Assembly: GCF_039654945.1 (NCBI RefSeq)
Contig: NW_027361792.1
Location: 124,001 to 188,000, forward strand
Direction: 5' to 3'
From: Dendrobates tinctorius
Lineage: Eukaryota
DNA: 64,000 nucleotides
Shown: positions 39,539 through 53,032 of the stretch, piece by piece
Numbering within the stretch: the stretch's first letter is position 1
Layout: the number at the start of each line of letters is the position of its first letter
The notes under the pieces: generated by a model
What the model was told of the DNA's origin: nothing
The model's input: the letters and a program-made list of their open reading frames with translations, nothing else
Databases searched by the model: none
Made by a program: the position numbers and the translations under genes

Positions 39539-39876
39539 TTAAAGAGGACCCGTCACCAGGTGAAAAGGGCCCTTTTTTACTCTTGTTATTCCCAACTCTC
39601 CTGAATATTCTGGGGTTTTTTTTATTTTTGAAATCTGCCATACAGTTCTAGAGATCTGGACTTTTTGTGTGGCGCCAATTTGTCTGTTTATACTAAAGAG
39701 GTGTGGCTAACAGGATCCTCAGGGGCGTGTCTTTAGACGGTGCTACATAATTACCCCTTTATCCATGACCCATTTGGAAAGCCCATAACAATTAGTAGCC
39801 AGTGAAAATGCCCGCATCTCTGGAGCCTGAATAGTAGAGAAGCAGGAGTAAAATAAAAGCTACATGGCCTCTTTAA
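39539..39876. mobile_element. T2/Kolobok-type MITE
   Basis: TTAA|AGAGG ... CCTCT|TTAA termini. Confidence 0.6.
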
Positions 39877-39890
39877 AACTATAACTGGAC

Positions 39891-40422
39891 CAGGGGTCTC
39901 AAACACTCGGCCCATGGGCCGCATGCGTCCCACAGGCACCAGAGATCCAGTGATGACTGCGGCCCGTTCCTGGCAGCCGCCAACATCAGTGATTTTTTTC
40001 AATTGACTGCGCGCCCTTGGATGCACATTCTATTGAAATGTACTGAGCGGCAGACAGATCTCTGTGCCACAATACCAATACTAGCCCCTGACCAATCAGA
40101 GGCCAGCGAGGACAGTGTATACCGTCACTGCCATCCGCCGTCCAGGCTGTGGAGGAGAAGAGGACGCTGCTCGCTGAGGGAGCGAGGTCAGGTGAGAAGG
40201 ATTTTTTTTAATGTGTAGGTGAAGTTTGGCAGAACTGAGGAAATTACTACAAGATGGGGCCCAGGATGGGGCGCGACTGCTACAAGACGGGGCCCAGGAT
40301 GGGGCGCGACTGCTACAAGACGGGGCCCAGAAAAACCAATTATCACTGAAAATGTCATCTCGGTCCCCCAAATTCACATTTTTTTCTATGTGCTGCGCAT
40401 ATAACCGAGTGTGAGACCCCTG
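39891..40422. mobile_element. Non-autonomous hAT-like element
   Basis: TIR caggggtctcaaacactcgg / ccgagtgtgagacccctg; internal short 36-bp repeats; 8-bp TSD only imperfect. Confidence 0.7.
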
Positions 40423-40687
40423 ACCCAGACAAGATGGGCTCACAGTAAATCACCGGGGTCTGAGTATTTTTTCCTCAAACTGAAGAACAATTTTGGTGAC
40501 TGTGATGGCAACGTTCTCCCTTGCTGACACGACAAGGAAACCCCGGAATGCCGTGCTCAGTTGGATTTTTTTTGTTGTTGCTTGTAGCAATGGCGGTATC
40601 GTGCGGGTCACCACGCGACAGTGGAGTGCAGAGTGTGAGAAACCTGCAGAAAATACCTCCACATACAGCTGGTGACAATCACAGGCA

Positions 40688-43041
40688 GCACAGGAGGCCT
40701 ACTCCTCTCTGGTGGCCATTTACGGCCCATATTCCCAATGCACAGGAGGCCTACTCCTCTCAGGAGGCCATTTACGGCCCATATTCCCATGCACAGGAGG
40801 CCTACTCCTCTCTGGAGGCCATTTACGGCCCATATTCCCAATGCACAGGAGGCCTACTCCTCTCAGGAGGCCATTTATGGCCCATATTCACATGCACAGG
40901 AGGCCTACTCCTCTCTGGAGGCCATTTACGGCCCATATTCCCATGCACAGGAGGCCTACTCCTCTCTGGTGGCCATTTATGGCCCATATTCCCAATGCAC
41001 AGGAGGCCTACTCCTCTCTGGTGGCCATTTATAGCCCATATTCCCAATGCACAGGAGGCCTACTCCTCTCTGGTGGCCATTTATGGCCCATATTCCCAAT
41101 GCACAGGAGGCCTACTCCTCTCTGGTGGCCATTTATGGCCCATATTCCCAATGCACAGGAGGCCTACTTCTCTCTGGTGGCCATTTACGGCCCATATTCC
41201 CATGCACAGGAGGCCTACTCCTCTCTGGAGGCCATTTACGGCCCATATTCCCATGCACAGGAGGCCTACTCCTCTCTGGAGGCCATTTATGGCCCATATT
41301 CCCATGTACAGGAGGCCTACTCCTCTCTGGAGGCTCTTTATGGCCCATATTCCCATGTACAGGAGGCCTACTCCTCTCTGGAGGCTCTTTATGGCCCATA
41401 TTCCCATGCACAGGAGGCCTACTCCTCTCTGGAGGCCATTTACGGCCCATATTCCCATGCACAGGAGGCCTACTCCTCTCTGGAGGCCATTTACGGCCCA
41501 TATTCCCATGTACAGGAGGCCTACTCCTCTCTGGAGGCTCTTTATGGCCCATATTCCCATGCACAGGAGGCCTACTCCTCTCTGGTGGCCATTTATGGCC
41601 CATATTCCCATGTACAGGAGGCCTACTCCTCTCTGGAGGCTATTTATGGCCCATATTCCCATGTACAGGAGGCCTACTCCTCTCTGGTGGCCATTTATGG
41701 CCCATATTCCCATGCACAGGAGGCCTACTCCTCTCTGGTGGCCATTTATGGCCAATATTCCAATGCACAGGAGGCCTACTCCTCTCTGGTGGCCATTTAT
41801 GGCCAATATTCCAATGCACAGGAGGCCTACTCCTCTCTGGTGGCCATTTATGGCCCATATTCCCATGCACAGGAGGCCTACTCCTCTCTGGTGGCCATTT
41901 ATGGCCAATATTCCCATGCACAGGAGGCCTACTCCTCTCTGGTGGCCATTTATGACCAATATTCCAATGCACAGGAGGCCTACTCCTCTCTGGTGGCCAT
42001 TTACGGCCCATATTCCCATGCACAGGAGGCCTACTCCTCTCTGGTGGCCATTTACGGCCCATATTCCCATGCACAGGAGGCCTACTCCTCTCTGGTGGCC
42101 ATTTATGGCCAATATTCCCATGCACAGGAGGCCTACTCCTCTCTGGTGGCCATTTATGGCCCATATTCCCATGCACAGGAGGCCTACTCCTCTCTGGTGG
42201 CCATTTACGGCCCATATTCCCATGCACAGGAGGCCTACTCCTCTCTGGAGGCTCTTTATGGCCCATATTCCCATGCACAGGAGGCCTACTCCTCTCTGGT
42301 GGCCATTTATGGCCAATATTCCCATGCACAGGAGGCCTACTCCTCTCTGGTGGCCATTTATGGCCAATATTCCCATGCACAGGAGGCCTACTCCTCTCTG
42401 GAGGCTCTTTATGGCCCATATTCCCATGCACAGGAGGCCTACTCCTCTCTGGTGGCCATTTACGGCCCATATTCCCATGCACAGGAGGCCTACTCCTCTC
42501 TGGTGGCCATTTATGGCCAATATTCCCATGCACAGGAGGCCTACTCCTCTCTGGTGGCCATTTATGGCCCATATTCCCATGCACAGGAGGCCTACTCCTC
42601 TCTGGAGGCCATTTACGGCCCATATTCCCATGTACAGGAGGCCTACTCCTCTCTGGAGGCTCTTTATGGCCCATATTCCCATGCACAGGAGGCCTACTCC
42701 TCTCTGGTGGCCATTTATGGCCCATATTCCCATGCACAGGAGGCCTACTCCTCTCTGGAGGCCATTTACGGCCCATATTCCCATGTACAGGAGGCCTACT
42801 CCTCTCTGGAGGCTCTTTATGGCCCATATTCCCATGCACAGGAGGCCTACTCCTCTCTGGTGGCCATTTACGGCCCATATTCCCATGCAAAGGAAGCCTA
42901 CTCCTCTCTGGAGGCCATTTATGGCCCATATTCCCATGCACAGGAAGCCTACTCCTCTCTGGAGGCCATTTATGGCCCATATTCCCATGCACAGGAAGCC
43001 TACTCCTCTCTGGAGGCCATTTATGGCCCATATTCCCATGC
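40688..43041. repeat. Minisatellite, 51-bp unit (gcacaggaggcctactcctctctggtggccatttatggcccatattcccat), ~46 copies, PTPMT1 intron 1
   Basis: 17-aa periodicity; near-perfect units. Confidence 0.98.
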
Positions 43042-43162
43042 AGTGCTTGTGCTGGAACAGGAACGGCTCCTTGAGCCATTTATGGCGGACCTACACTCCA
43101 CCACAACCACATCCCCAACTGCGCAGTCGCAGAAGCCACTCACACCGCGCATGCGCGCTTAC

Positions 43163-43315
43163 CTTGTCGCTCATTCCTCGGAAGGGCAACGCTCCAAGGA
43201 TAACGGCCTCGTCGATCCTGTCATACCATTTCCGTCGGGATATCTTCTCCATGACGACGTTATACAGCAGGGTCGGGTAGAATAAAACTCGCGTGGCCGC
43301 TGACTGCAAACTCAT
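43163..43315 (-). CDS. PTPMT1: PTPMT1 exon 1 (51 aa); total protein 189 aa
   Basis: [51 protein letters not shown]; donor AAG|GTAAGC. Confidence 0.95.
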
Positions 43316-43339
43316 GATCCTGGCAGAGCGTATTAAATG

Positions 43340-43560
43340 CAACCCGCGGAGACTGTAACCGCCATCTTTGTCGTTGGCACTTCCGCTTCAAGGTGAGAGT
43401 GAACGGAAGTGGAGAGCCGCCATCTTATGTAAGGGCAGCATCAAGTCGGCCATGTTTGATGCGGGAAATATGCAGTATTTGTAATGGCCGGGGTTTGGGA
43501 GAGAAGAGATTTCTGCACACAAATCATCACTGAAAAAAATGGCAGCGATGGCCGCAGGAT
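43340..43560. promoter_or_regulatory. PTPMT1 promoter (YY1/ETS cluster; NRF1 site GCGCATGCGC at 43147-43156 in intron 1)
   Basis: CCGCCATCTT 43359-68 and ~43417-26; CACTTCCG ~43378; CGGAAGTG ~43404; GGCCATGTT ~43448; AAAATGGC ~43536. Confidence 0.7.
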
Positions 43561-43699
43561 ATAGCTGAAGATCATGAGCTCCTGCATCGCCCACTATTAT
43601 ATCTGATAACACTGGGCAGAGGAGAGGGGTACATGAGGCGCCCACTGTACAGAAGGTGTGCAGTACCGGCTATGACCACCAGATGTCACTTCAAGGTCA

Positions 43700-46030
43700 C
43701 TCTCCTATCAGTCCCCACCATGGAGCCCCCTCCTATCAGTCCCCACCATGGAGCCCCCTCCTATCAGTCCCCACCATGGATCCCCCCTCCTATCAGTCCC
43801 CACCATGGATCCCCCCTCCTATCAGTCCCCACCATGGATCCCCCCTCCTATCAGTCCCCACCATGGATCCCCCCTCCTATCAGTCCCCACTATGGAGCCC
43901 CCTCCTATCAGTCCCCACCATGGAGCCCCCTCCTATCAGTCCCCACCATGGAGCCCCCTCCTATCAGTCCCTACCATGGAGCCCCTCCTATCAGTCCCCA
44001 CCATGGAGCCCCCTCCTATCAGTCCCCACCATGGATCCCCCCTCCTATCAGTCCCCACCATGGATCCCCCCTCCTATCAGTCCCCACTATGGAGCCCCTC
44101 CTATCAGTCCCCACCATGGAGTCCCCTCCTATCAGTCCCCACCATGGAGCCCCTCCTATCATTCCCCACCATGGATCCCCCCTCCTATCAGTCCCCACTA
44201 TGGAGCCCTCTCCTATCAGTCCCCACTATGGAGCCCTCTCCTATCAGTCCCCACTATGGAGCCCTCTCCTATCAGTCCCCACTATGGAGCCCTCTCCTAT
44301 CAGTCCCCACCATGGATCCCCCCTCCTATCAGTCCCCACTATGGAGCCCTCTCCTATCAGTCCCCACCATGGATCCCCCCTCCTATCAGTCCCCACCATG
44401 GATCCCCCCTCCTATCAGTCCCCACCATGGAGCCCCTCCTATCAGTCCCCACCATGGAGCCCCTCCTATCAGTCCCCACCATGGAGTCCCCTCCTATCAG
44501 TCCCCACCATGGAGCCCCTCCTATCAGTCCCCACCATGGAGCCCCTCTCCTATCATTCCCCACCATGGAGCCCCTCCTATCAGTCCCCACCATGGATCCC
44601 CCCTCCTATCAGTCCCCACTATGGAGCCCTCTCCTATCAGTCCCCACCATGGATCCCCCCTCCTATCAGTCCCCACTATGGAGCCCTCTCCTATCAGTCC
44701 CCACCATGGAGCCCCCTCCTATCAGTCCCCACCATGGAGCCCTCTCCTATCAGTCCCCACCATGGATCCCCCCTCCTATCAGTCCCCACCATGGAGTCCC
44801 CTCCTATCAGTCCCCACCATGGAGCCCCTCCTATCATTCCCCACCATGGAGCCCTCTCCTATCAGTCCCCACCATGGAGCCCCTCCTATCATTCACCACC
44901 ATGGAGCCCCTCTCCTATCATTCCCCACCATGGAGCCCCTCCTATCAGTCCCCACCATGGAGCCCCCTCCTATCATTCCCCACCATGGAGCCCTCTCCTA
45001 TCAGTCCCCACCATGGAGCCCCTCCTGTCAGTCCCCACCATGGAGCCCCCCTCCTATCAGTCCCCACCATGGAGCCCCCCTCCTATCAGTCCCCACCATG
45101 GAGCCCCCCTCCTATCAGTCCCCACCATGGAGCCCCCTCCTATCATTCCCCACCATGGAGCCCCCTCCTATCATTCCCCACCATGGACCCCCCTCATCAG
45201 TTCCCACCATGGAGCCCCTACTATCAGTCCCCACCATGGAGCCCCCTCCTATCATTCCCCACCATGAAGCCCCCTCCTATCATTCCCCACCATGGAGCCC
45301 CTCCTATCATTCCCCACCATGGAGCCCCCTCCTATCAGTCCCCACCATGGAGCCCCCCTCCTATCAGTCCCCATCATGGAGCCCCCTCCTATCATTCCCC
45401 ACCATGGACCCCCCTCCTATCAGTCCCCACCATGGAGCCCCTCCTGTCAGTCCCCACCATGGAGCCCCCTCCTAAAAGTCCCCACCATGGAGCCCCCTCC
45501 TATCAGTCCCCATCATGGAGTCCCCTCCTATCAGTCCCCACCATGGAGCCCCCTCCTATCATTCCACACCATGGAGCCCCCTATCATTCCACATCATGGA
45601 GCCCCCTCCTATCATTCCCCACCATGGATCCCCCCTCCTATCATTCCCCACCATGGATCCCCCCTCCTATCATTCCCCACCATGGAGCCCCCTCCTATCA
45701 GTCCCCACCATGGAGCCCCCTCCTATCATTCCACACCATGGAGCGCCCTATCATTCCACATCATGGAGCCCCCTCCTATCATTCCCCACCATGGATCCCC
45801 CCTCCTATCATTCCCCACCATGGAGCCCCCTCCTATGAGTCCCCACCATGGATCCCCCTCCTATCATTCCCAACCATGGAGCCCCCTCCTATCATTCCCC
45901 ACCATGGAGCCCCCTCCTATCATTCCCCACCATGGAGCCCCCTCCTATCATTCCCCACCATGGAGCCCCCTCCTATCAGTCCCCACCATGGAGCCCCCTC
46001 CTATCAGGCCCCACCATGGAGCCCCCCATA
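43700..46030. repeat. Minisatellite, 27-29-bp unit (tcctatcagtccccaccatggagccccc), ~82 copies
   Basis: Direct periodicity; source of the Pro-rich pseudo-ORFs. Confidence 0.97.
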
Positions 46031-46219
46031 CGTTCTGGCTTTGGGACATTTCATGGGGTCTGCTTGTACATAATCTTCTTTGCTACATGTATTACAATCC
46101 TGACCGTAGACGTAGCCCTGCAGCTATAGCCACAGTGGATGTAGGCATAGTGGACTGCTTCTGTGTTCCCAAATGTAAGAGCAGGTTACACGGCCCGCCT
46201 ATGTCTTCTTGAAATTTAT

Positions 46220-48410
46220 ATAAGCAGATAGTACTGCATCCTTGTCTCTAATATTAAATTATTCAATAATGATGAGACAGATAGTACTGCCTCAATGTCC
46301 ATATAGAAATAATGTAGGCACAGATAGTACTGCCTTCCTGCCCATATATAATGTATTATATAGGCACAGATAGTTCTGCCTCCCTGTCCATAAATACATA
46401 TTATAGGCATAGACAGTGCTGCCTCCCTGTCCTTAAATACATATAATAGGCACAGATAGTGCTGCCTCACTGTTCATAAATGCATATTATAGGCACAGAT
46501 AGTGCTGCCTCCCTGTCCATAAATACATAATTATAGGCACAGACAGTGCTGCCTCCCTGTACATAAATACAAATTACAGGCACAGATAGTGCTGCCTCCC
46601 TGTCCATAAAAACATATTATAGGCACAGATACTGCTGCCTCCCTGTCCATAAATACATACAGTATTATAGGCACAGATAGTGCTGCCTCCCTGTCCATAA
46701 ATACATATTATAGGCACAGATAGTGCTGCCTCCCTGTCCATAAATACATATTATAGGCACAGATAGTGATGCCTCCCTGTCCATAAATACATATTATAGG
46801 CACAGATAGTGCTGCCTCCCTGTCCACAAATACATATTACAGGCACAGACAGTGCAGCCTCCCTGTCCATAAATACATATTATAGGCACAGATAGTACTG
46901 CCTCCCTGTCCATAAATACATATTATAGGCACAGATAGTGCTGCCTCCCTGTCCATAAATACATATTATAGGCACAGATAGTGCTGCCTCCCTGTCCATA
47001 AATACATATTATAGGCACAGATAGTGCTGCCTCCCTGTCCATAAATACATATTATAGGCACAGATAGTGCTGCCTCCCTGTCCATAAATACATATTATAG
47101 GCACAGATAGTACTGCCTCCCTGTCCATAAATACATATTATAGGCACAGATAGTACTGCCTCCCTGTCCATAAATACATATTATAGGCACAGATAGTGCT
47201 GCCTCCCTATCCATAAATACATATTATAGGCACAGATAGTGCTGCCTCCCTGTCCATAAATACATATTATAGGCACAGTTAGTGCTGCCTCCCTGTCCAT
47301 AAATACATATTATAGGCACAGATAGTGCTGCCTCCCTGTCCATAAATACATATTATAGGCACAGATAGTGCTGCCTCCCTGTCTATAAATACATATTATA
47401 GGCACAGATAGTACTGCCTCCCTGTCCATAAATACATATTATAGGCACAGATAGTACTGTCTCCCTGTCCATAAATACATATTATAGGCACAGATAGTAC
47501 TGCCTCCCTGTCCACAAATACATATTATAGGCACAGACAGTGCAGCCTCCCTGTCCATAAATACATATTATAGGCACAGATAGTACTGCCTCCCTGTCCA
47601 TAAATACATATTATAGGCACAGACAGTGCAGCCTCCCTGTCCACAAATACATATTATAGGCACAGACAGTGCAGCCTCCCTGTCCATAAATACATATTAT
47701 AGGCACAGATAGTACTGCCTCCCTGTCCATAAATACATATTATAGGCACAGACAGTGCAGCCTCCCTGTCCATAAATACATATTATAGGCACAGATAGTG
47801 CTGCCTCCCTATCCATAAATACATATTATAGGCACAGATAGTGCTGCCTCCCTATCCATAAATACATATTATAGGCACAGATAGTGCTGCCTCCCTATCC
47901 ATAAATACATATTATAGGCACAGATAGTGCTGCCTCCCTGTCCATAAATACATATTATAGGCACAGACAGTGCAGCCTCCCTGTCCATAAATACATATAG
48001 ACACAGATAGTGCAGCCTCCCTGTCCATAAATACATATTATAGACACAGATAGTGCTGCCTCCCTATTCATAAATACATATTATAGGCACAGATAGTGCA
48101 GCCTCCCTATCCATAAATACATATTATAGACACAGATAGTGCTGCCTCCCTATCCATAAATACATATTATAGGCACAGATAGTGCTGCCTCCCTATCCAT
48201 AAATACATATTATAGGCACAGATAGTGCTGCTTCCCTGTCCATAAATACATATTATAGGCACAGACAGTGCAGCCTCCCTGTCCATAAATACATATTATA
48301 GGCACAGACAGTGCAGCCTCCCTGTCCATAAATACATATTATAGGCACAGACAGTGCAGCCTCCCTGTCCATAAATACATATTATAGACACAGACAGTGC
48401 TGCCTCCCTG
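46220..48410. repeat. Minisatellite, 43-bp unit (ataggcacagatagtgctgcctccctgtccataaatacatatt), ~50 copies
   Basis: Direct periodicity, degenerate left edge. Confidence 0.97.
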
Positions 48411-49063
48411 TTTATTCTGAATATTTCGGACGGTGCATAGGTTTTGCTATGCTGTACTGAGTTTCTATGAACATGTATTTCTCGGTGCACAGTTCAGAAA
48501 TCCTCTTTTCCTCCATAATTGCCCCATTTTCTGCCTTAATGGCTGATGCATGAATCCCGCGATGTCATTCATCTCAGTAGAACGGCACTAGAAGGAAAGT
48601 GAAAAAATCACCTCCGATCAATAAAACTCTAAAAGGCACTTAAGGTCTTGGCGAGAGGATTCTCGTGAGCGCATGGAGTAAACTCCAGCGGAAGAGGCGC
48701 CGCAGCGATCTGTGCGGTTTCCTCCTCAAGTAGTTGGAAAGCTAAATTGCTTCTCTATATTAAGCAGCAGCTTTAGTGCTGCGCTCCCCGGATCCATGGC
48801 AACTGGCGGACCCCCTCCATTCAGGGGCTCAATACGAAGACTCGATGACAAAGCTCCCGTCTCCGGCAGATCGTTATGTGCACAGCCGGCGGCAGCAACA
48901 CGAGTCACCGGCAGCGAGAGCCGGAGGCGGCAGGGTCTGAGGTGTGCGGAAAAACTGCCCCCGTACCGGCCTGAGACTATCACATCAGCACCAGAAAAGT
49001 AACTGGTGGGAGGATCACAGCAGCATAGCTCACCTGTGCCGCCTTCCTGGATGCAAATATACA

Positions 49064-51306
49064 CACTTCCTAGTAGTCACAGTGGTCTCCCACTTCCCAG
49101 TAGTCACAGCGGTCTCCCACTTCCTAGTAGTCACAGCGGTTTCTCACTTCCTAGTAGTCACAGCGGTTTCCCACTTCCTAGTAGTCACAGCGGTTTCCCA
49201 CTTCCTAGTAGTCACAGCGGTTTCCCACTTCCTAGTAGTCACAGCGGTCTCCCACTTCCTAGTAGTCACAGCGGTCTCTCACTTCCTAGTAGTCACAGCG
49301 GTTTCCCACATCCTAGTAGTCACAGCGGTTTCCCACTTCCTAGTAGTCACAGCGGTCTCCCACTTCCTAGTAGTCACAGCGGTTTCCCACTTCCTAGTAG
49401 TCACAGCGGTCTCCCACTTCCTAGTAGTCACAGCGGTTTCCCACTTCCTAGTAGTCACAGCGGTTTCCCACTTCCTAGTAGTCACAGCGGTCTCCCACTT
49501 CCTAGTAGTCACAGCGGTTTCCCACTTCCTAGTAGTCACAGCGGTTTCCCACTTCCCAGTAGTCACAGCGTTCTCCCACTTCCCAGTAGTCACAGTGGTT
49601 TCCCACTTCCTAGTAGTCACAGCCGTTTCCCACTTCCTAGTAGTCACAGCGGTCTCCCACTTCCTAGTACCCACAGCGGTCTCCCACTTCCTAGAAGTAA
49701 CAGCGGTCTCTCACTTCCTAGTAGTAACAGCGATCTCTCACTTCCTAGTAGTAACAGCGGTCTCCCACTTCCCAGTAGTCACAGCGGTCTCTCACTTCCT
49801 AGTAGGCACAGCGGTCTCCCACTTCCTAGTAGTAACAGCGGTCTCACTTCCTAGTAGTAACAGCGGTCTCCCACTTCCTAGTAGCAACAGCGGTCTCTCA
49901 CTTCCTAGTAGCAACAGCGGTCTTTCACTTCCTAGTAGCCACAGCGGTCTCTCACTTCCTAGTAGCCACAGCGGTCTCTCACTTCCTAGTAGCCACAGCG
50001 GTCTCTCATTTCCTAGTAGCCACAGCGGTCTCTCATTTCCTAGTAGCCACAGCGGTCTCCCACTTCCTAGTAGCCACAGCGATCTCCCACTTCCTAGTAG
50101 TCACAGCGGTCTCTCACTTTCTAGTAGCCACAGCGATCTCCCACTTCCTAGTAGTCACAGCGGTCTCTCACTTTCTAGTAGCCACAGCGGTCTCCCACTG
50201 CCCAGTAATCACAGCGGTCTCCCACTTCTGAGTAGTCACAGCTGTCTCCCACTTCCCTCTCACTTCCTAGTAGTCACAGCAGGCTCCCACTTCCTAGTAG
50301 ACAAAGCGATCTCCCACTTCCTTGTAGTCACAGCGGTCTCCCACTTCCTTGTAGTCACAGCGGTCTCTCATTTCCCAGTAGTCACAGTGTTCTCTTACTT
50401 CCTAGTAGTCACAGTGTTCTCTTACTTCCTAGTAGTCACAGCGGTCTCCCACTTCCTAGAAGTAACAGCGGTCTCTCACTTCCTAGTAGTAACAGCGATC
50501 TCTCACTTCCTAGTAGTAACAGCGGTCTCCCACTTCCCAGTAGTCACAGCGGTATCTCACTTCCTAGTAGTTACAGCGGTCTCTCACTTCCTAGTAGGCA
50601 CAGCGGTCTCCCACTTCCTAGTAGTAACAGCGGTCTCACTTCCTAGTAGCAACAGCGGTCTCTCACATCCTAGTAGCAACAGCGGTCTCTCACTTCCTAG
50701 TAGCAACAGCGGTCTTTCACTTCCTAGTAGCCACAGCGGTCTCTCATTTCCTAGTAGCAACAGCGGTCTCTCACTTCCTAGTAGCCACAGCGGTCTCTCA
50801 TTTCCTAGTAGCCACAGCGGTCTCATTTCCTAGTAGCCACAGCGGTCTCCCACTTCCTAGTAGCCACAGCAATCTCCCACTTCCTAGTAGTCACAGCGGT
50901 CTCTCACTTTCTAGTAGTCACTGCGATCTCCCACTTCCTAGTAGTCACAGCGGTCTCTCACTTTCTAGTAGCCACAGCGGTCTCCCACTTCCCAGTACCC
51001 ACAGCGGTCTCCCACTTCCCAGTACTCACAGCGGTCTCCCACTTCTGAGTAGTCACAGCTGTCTCCCACTTCCCTCTCACTTCCTAGTAGTCACAGTGGT
51101 CTCTCACTTCCTAGTAGTCACAGCAGGCTCCCACTTCCTAGTAGACACAGCGGTCTCTCACTTCCTTGTAGTCGCAGCGGTCTCCCACTTCCTTGTAGTC
51201 ACAGCGGTCTCTCATTTCCCAGTAGTCACAGCGGTCTCTCACTTCCCAGTAGTCACAGTGTTCTCTAACTTCCTAGTAGTCACAGTGGTCTCCCACTTCC
51301 TAGTAG
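49064..51306. repeat. Minisatellite, 27-bp unit (cacttcctagtagtcacagcggtctcc), ~83 copies
   Basis: 9-aa periodicity; block duplication within the array. Confidence 0.97.
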
Positions 51307-51310
51307 CCCC

Positions 51311-52266
51311 GTAGCATCAGAGGGGCACAGGGCGGCATCCGAGGGGCACGTGGTTGCATCAGAGGGGCGCAGGGCGGCATCGGAGGGGAGCAGGGCAGCA
51401 TTAGAGGGGCACGGGGCGGCATCGGAGGGGCACAGAGGGCGGCATCGGAGGGGCGCAGAGGGCGGCATCGGAAGGGCACAGGATGGCATCGAAGGGGAGC
51501 AGGATGGCATCGGAGGGGAGCAGGGCGGCATCAGAGGGATGTGGGGCGGCATCGGAGGGGCTCAAGGCAGCATCACAGAGGCACGGGGCGGCATCAGAGG
51601 GGCACGGGGTAGCATCAGAGGGGCACAGGGCAGCATCAGAGGGGGGCGGCATCGGAGGGGAGCAGGGCGGCATCGGAGGGGATGGCGGCATCGGAGGGAG
51701 GCAGGGTGGCATCGGAGGGGACGGCAGCATCGGAGGGGAGCAGGGCGGCATCGGAGGGGACAGGGCGGCATCGGAGGGAGGCAGGGTGGCATCGGAGGGG
51801 CACAGGGCGGCATTGGATGGGAGTAGGGCAGCAGAGAGCAGCATCGGAGGGGCGCGGGGCAGCATCACAGGGAAGCAGGGTGGCATCGGAGGGGCATGTG
51901 GTTGCATCAGAGGGGTGCAGGGGGGCACAGGGCGGCATCGGAGAGGCACGTGGTTGCATCAGAGGGGCGCAGGGCGGCATCGGAGGGGAGCAGGGCGGCA
52001 TCCGAGGGGCACGTGGTTGCATCAGAGGGGCGCACGGTGGCATCAAAGGGGGGAGCAGGGCGGCATCAGAGGGTCACAGGGCGGCATCGGAGGGGCATGG
52101 GGCGGCATCGGAGGGGAACGGGGCGGCATAGGAGGGGCGCAGAGGGCGGCATTGGAGGGGTGCAGGATGGCATCGGAGGGGCTCAGGGCAGCATCAGAGA
52201 GGCACGGGGCGGCATCGGAGGGGCACATGGTTACATCAGAGGGGTGCAGAGCGGCATCAGGGGGGT
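51311..52266. repeat. G-rich degenerate minisatellite, ~21-bp unit (gggcggcatcggaggggcaca); resumes at 55186-55260
   Basis: Recurring gcatc(g/a)gagggg core on both sides of the hAT insertion. Confidence 0.9.
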
Positions 52267-52467
52267 CAGGGCTGTGGAGTCGGAGTCGTGGAGTCGGAGT
52301 TGGTGCTCATTTTGGTGGAGTCGGTATAAAATGGACCGACTCCGACTCCTAAAATATATAATAAATTGGGTACAGTAGTTCAATGCAGAATATGCTGAAT
52401 ATTTTTTCATAGGAATTTGGGAAAGTTATGAAATGTCCTATAAATGGCTGTTCTATTCCTGATCTAA

Positions 52468-52953
52468 GGCTACATTCACACACAGCGTTTTTCCTGCGTT
52501 TTTTGAGGATACGTTTTTCAGCTGCAAAAGCAGATCAGCTTTTTAAAAAACCGCATCACCTGAAAGGTTTTTGAGCTCATAGATAATGTTTTCAATATCA
52601 AAAGCAGATTAGAAATCTGCTCTATCTATATATCCATTTATCCATATCTGTACCAAAAAGAACGAAAGCCGGGTAGCACACAGACTAACACTCCTTTTTT
52701 TTATCACCAGTCAGGGACACCTCATAGCTGCCCAAAAGGACGCCCAGGACAGGCATTGCTCGTCTTCAGTAACATCAACTGATAGTTGGAATAAATAGAC
52801 TGCATTCATCACCACATCTTCTTAAGGTGCAGGCTTTATTTTCAAGTGTAGGGGTGTGCAGTATGAGGTTCTGCAGCAGCTGAGGTGTGGAACAGTATGA
52901 GATTCTGCCCCCCTAGGTTTGATTCTGGCTACGCCCATAGTGTGAATGTAGCC
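52468..52953. mobile_element. Harbinger/Tourist-like MITE
   Basis: TIR GGCTACATTCACAC / GTGTGAATGTAGCC flanked by TAA / TGA. Confidence 0.7.
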
Positions 52954-52991
52954 TGAGGATCTAGGCTGCATCTTAGCCGAGATAAGTCATA

Positions 52992-53030
<39 letters not shown>

Positions 53031-53032
<2 letters not shown>

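Noticed and set aside
40521-46212. 919-aa ORF with a signal-peptide-like start, and extensin-like Pro-rich ORFs
   Set aside because: Derived from 51-bp and 28-bp minisatellites; antisense to or upstream of PTPMT1; open in multiple frames.
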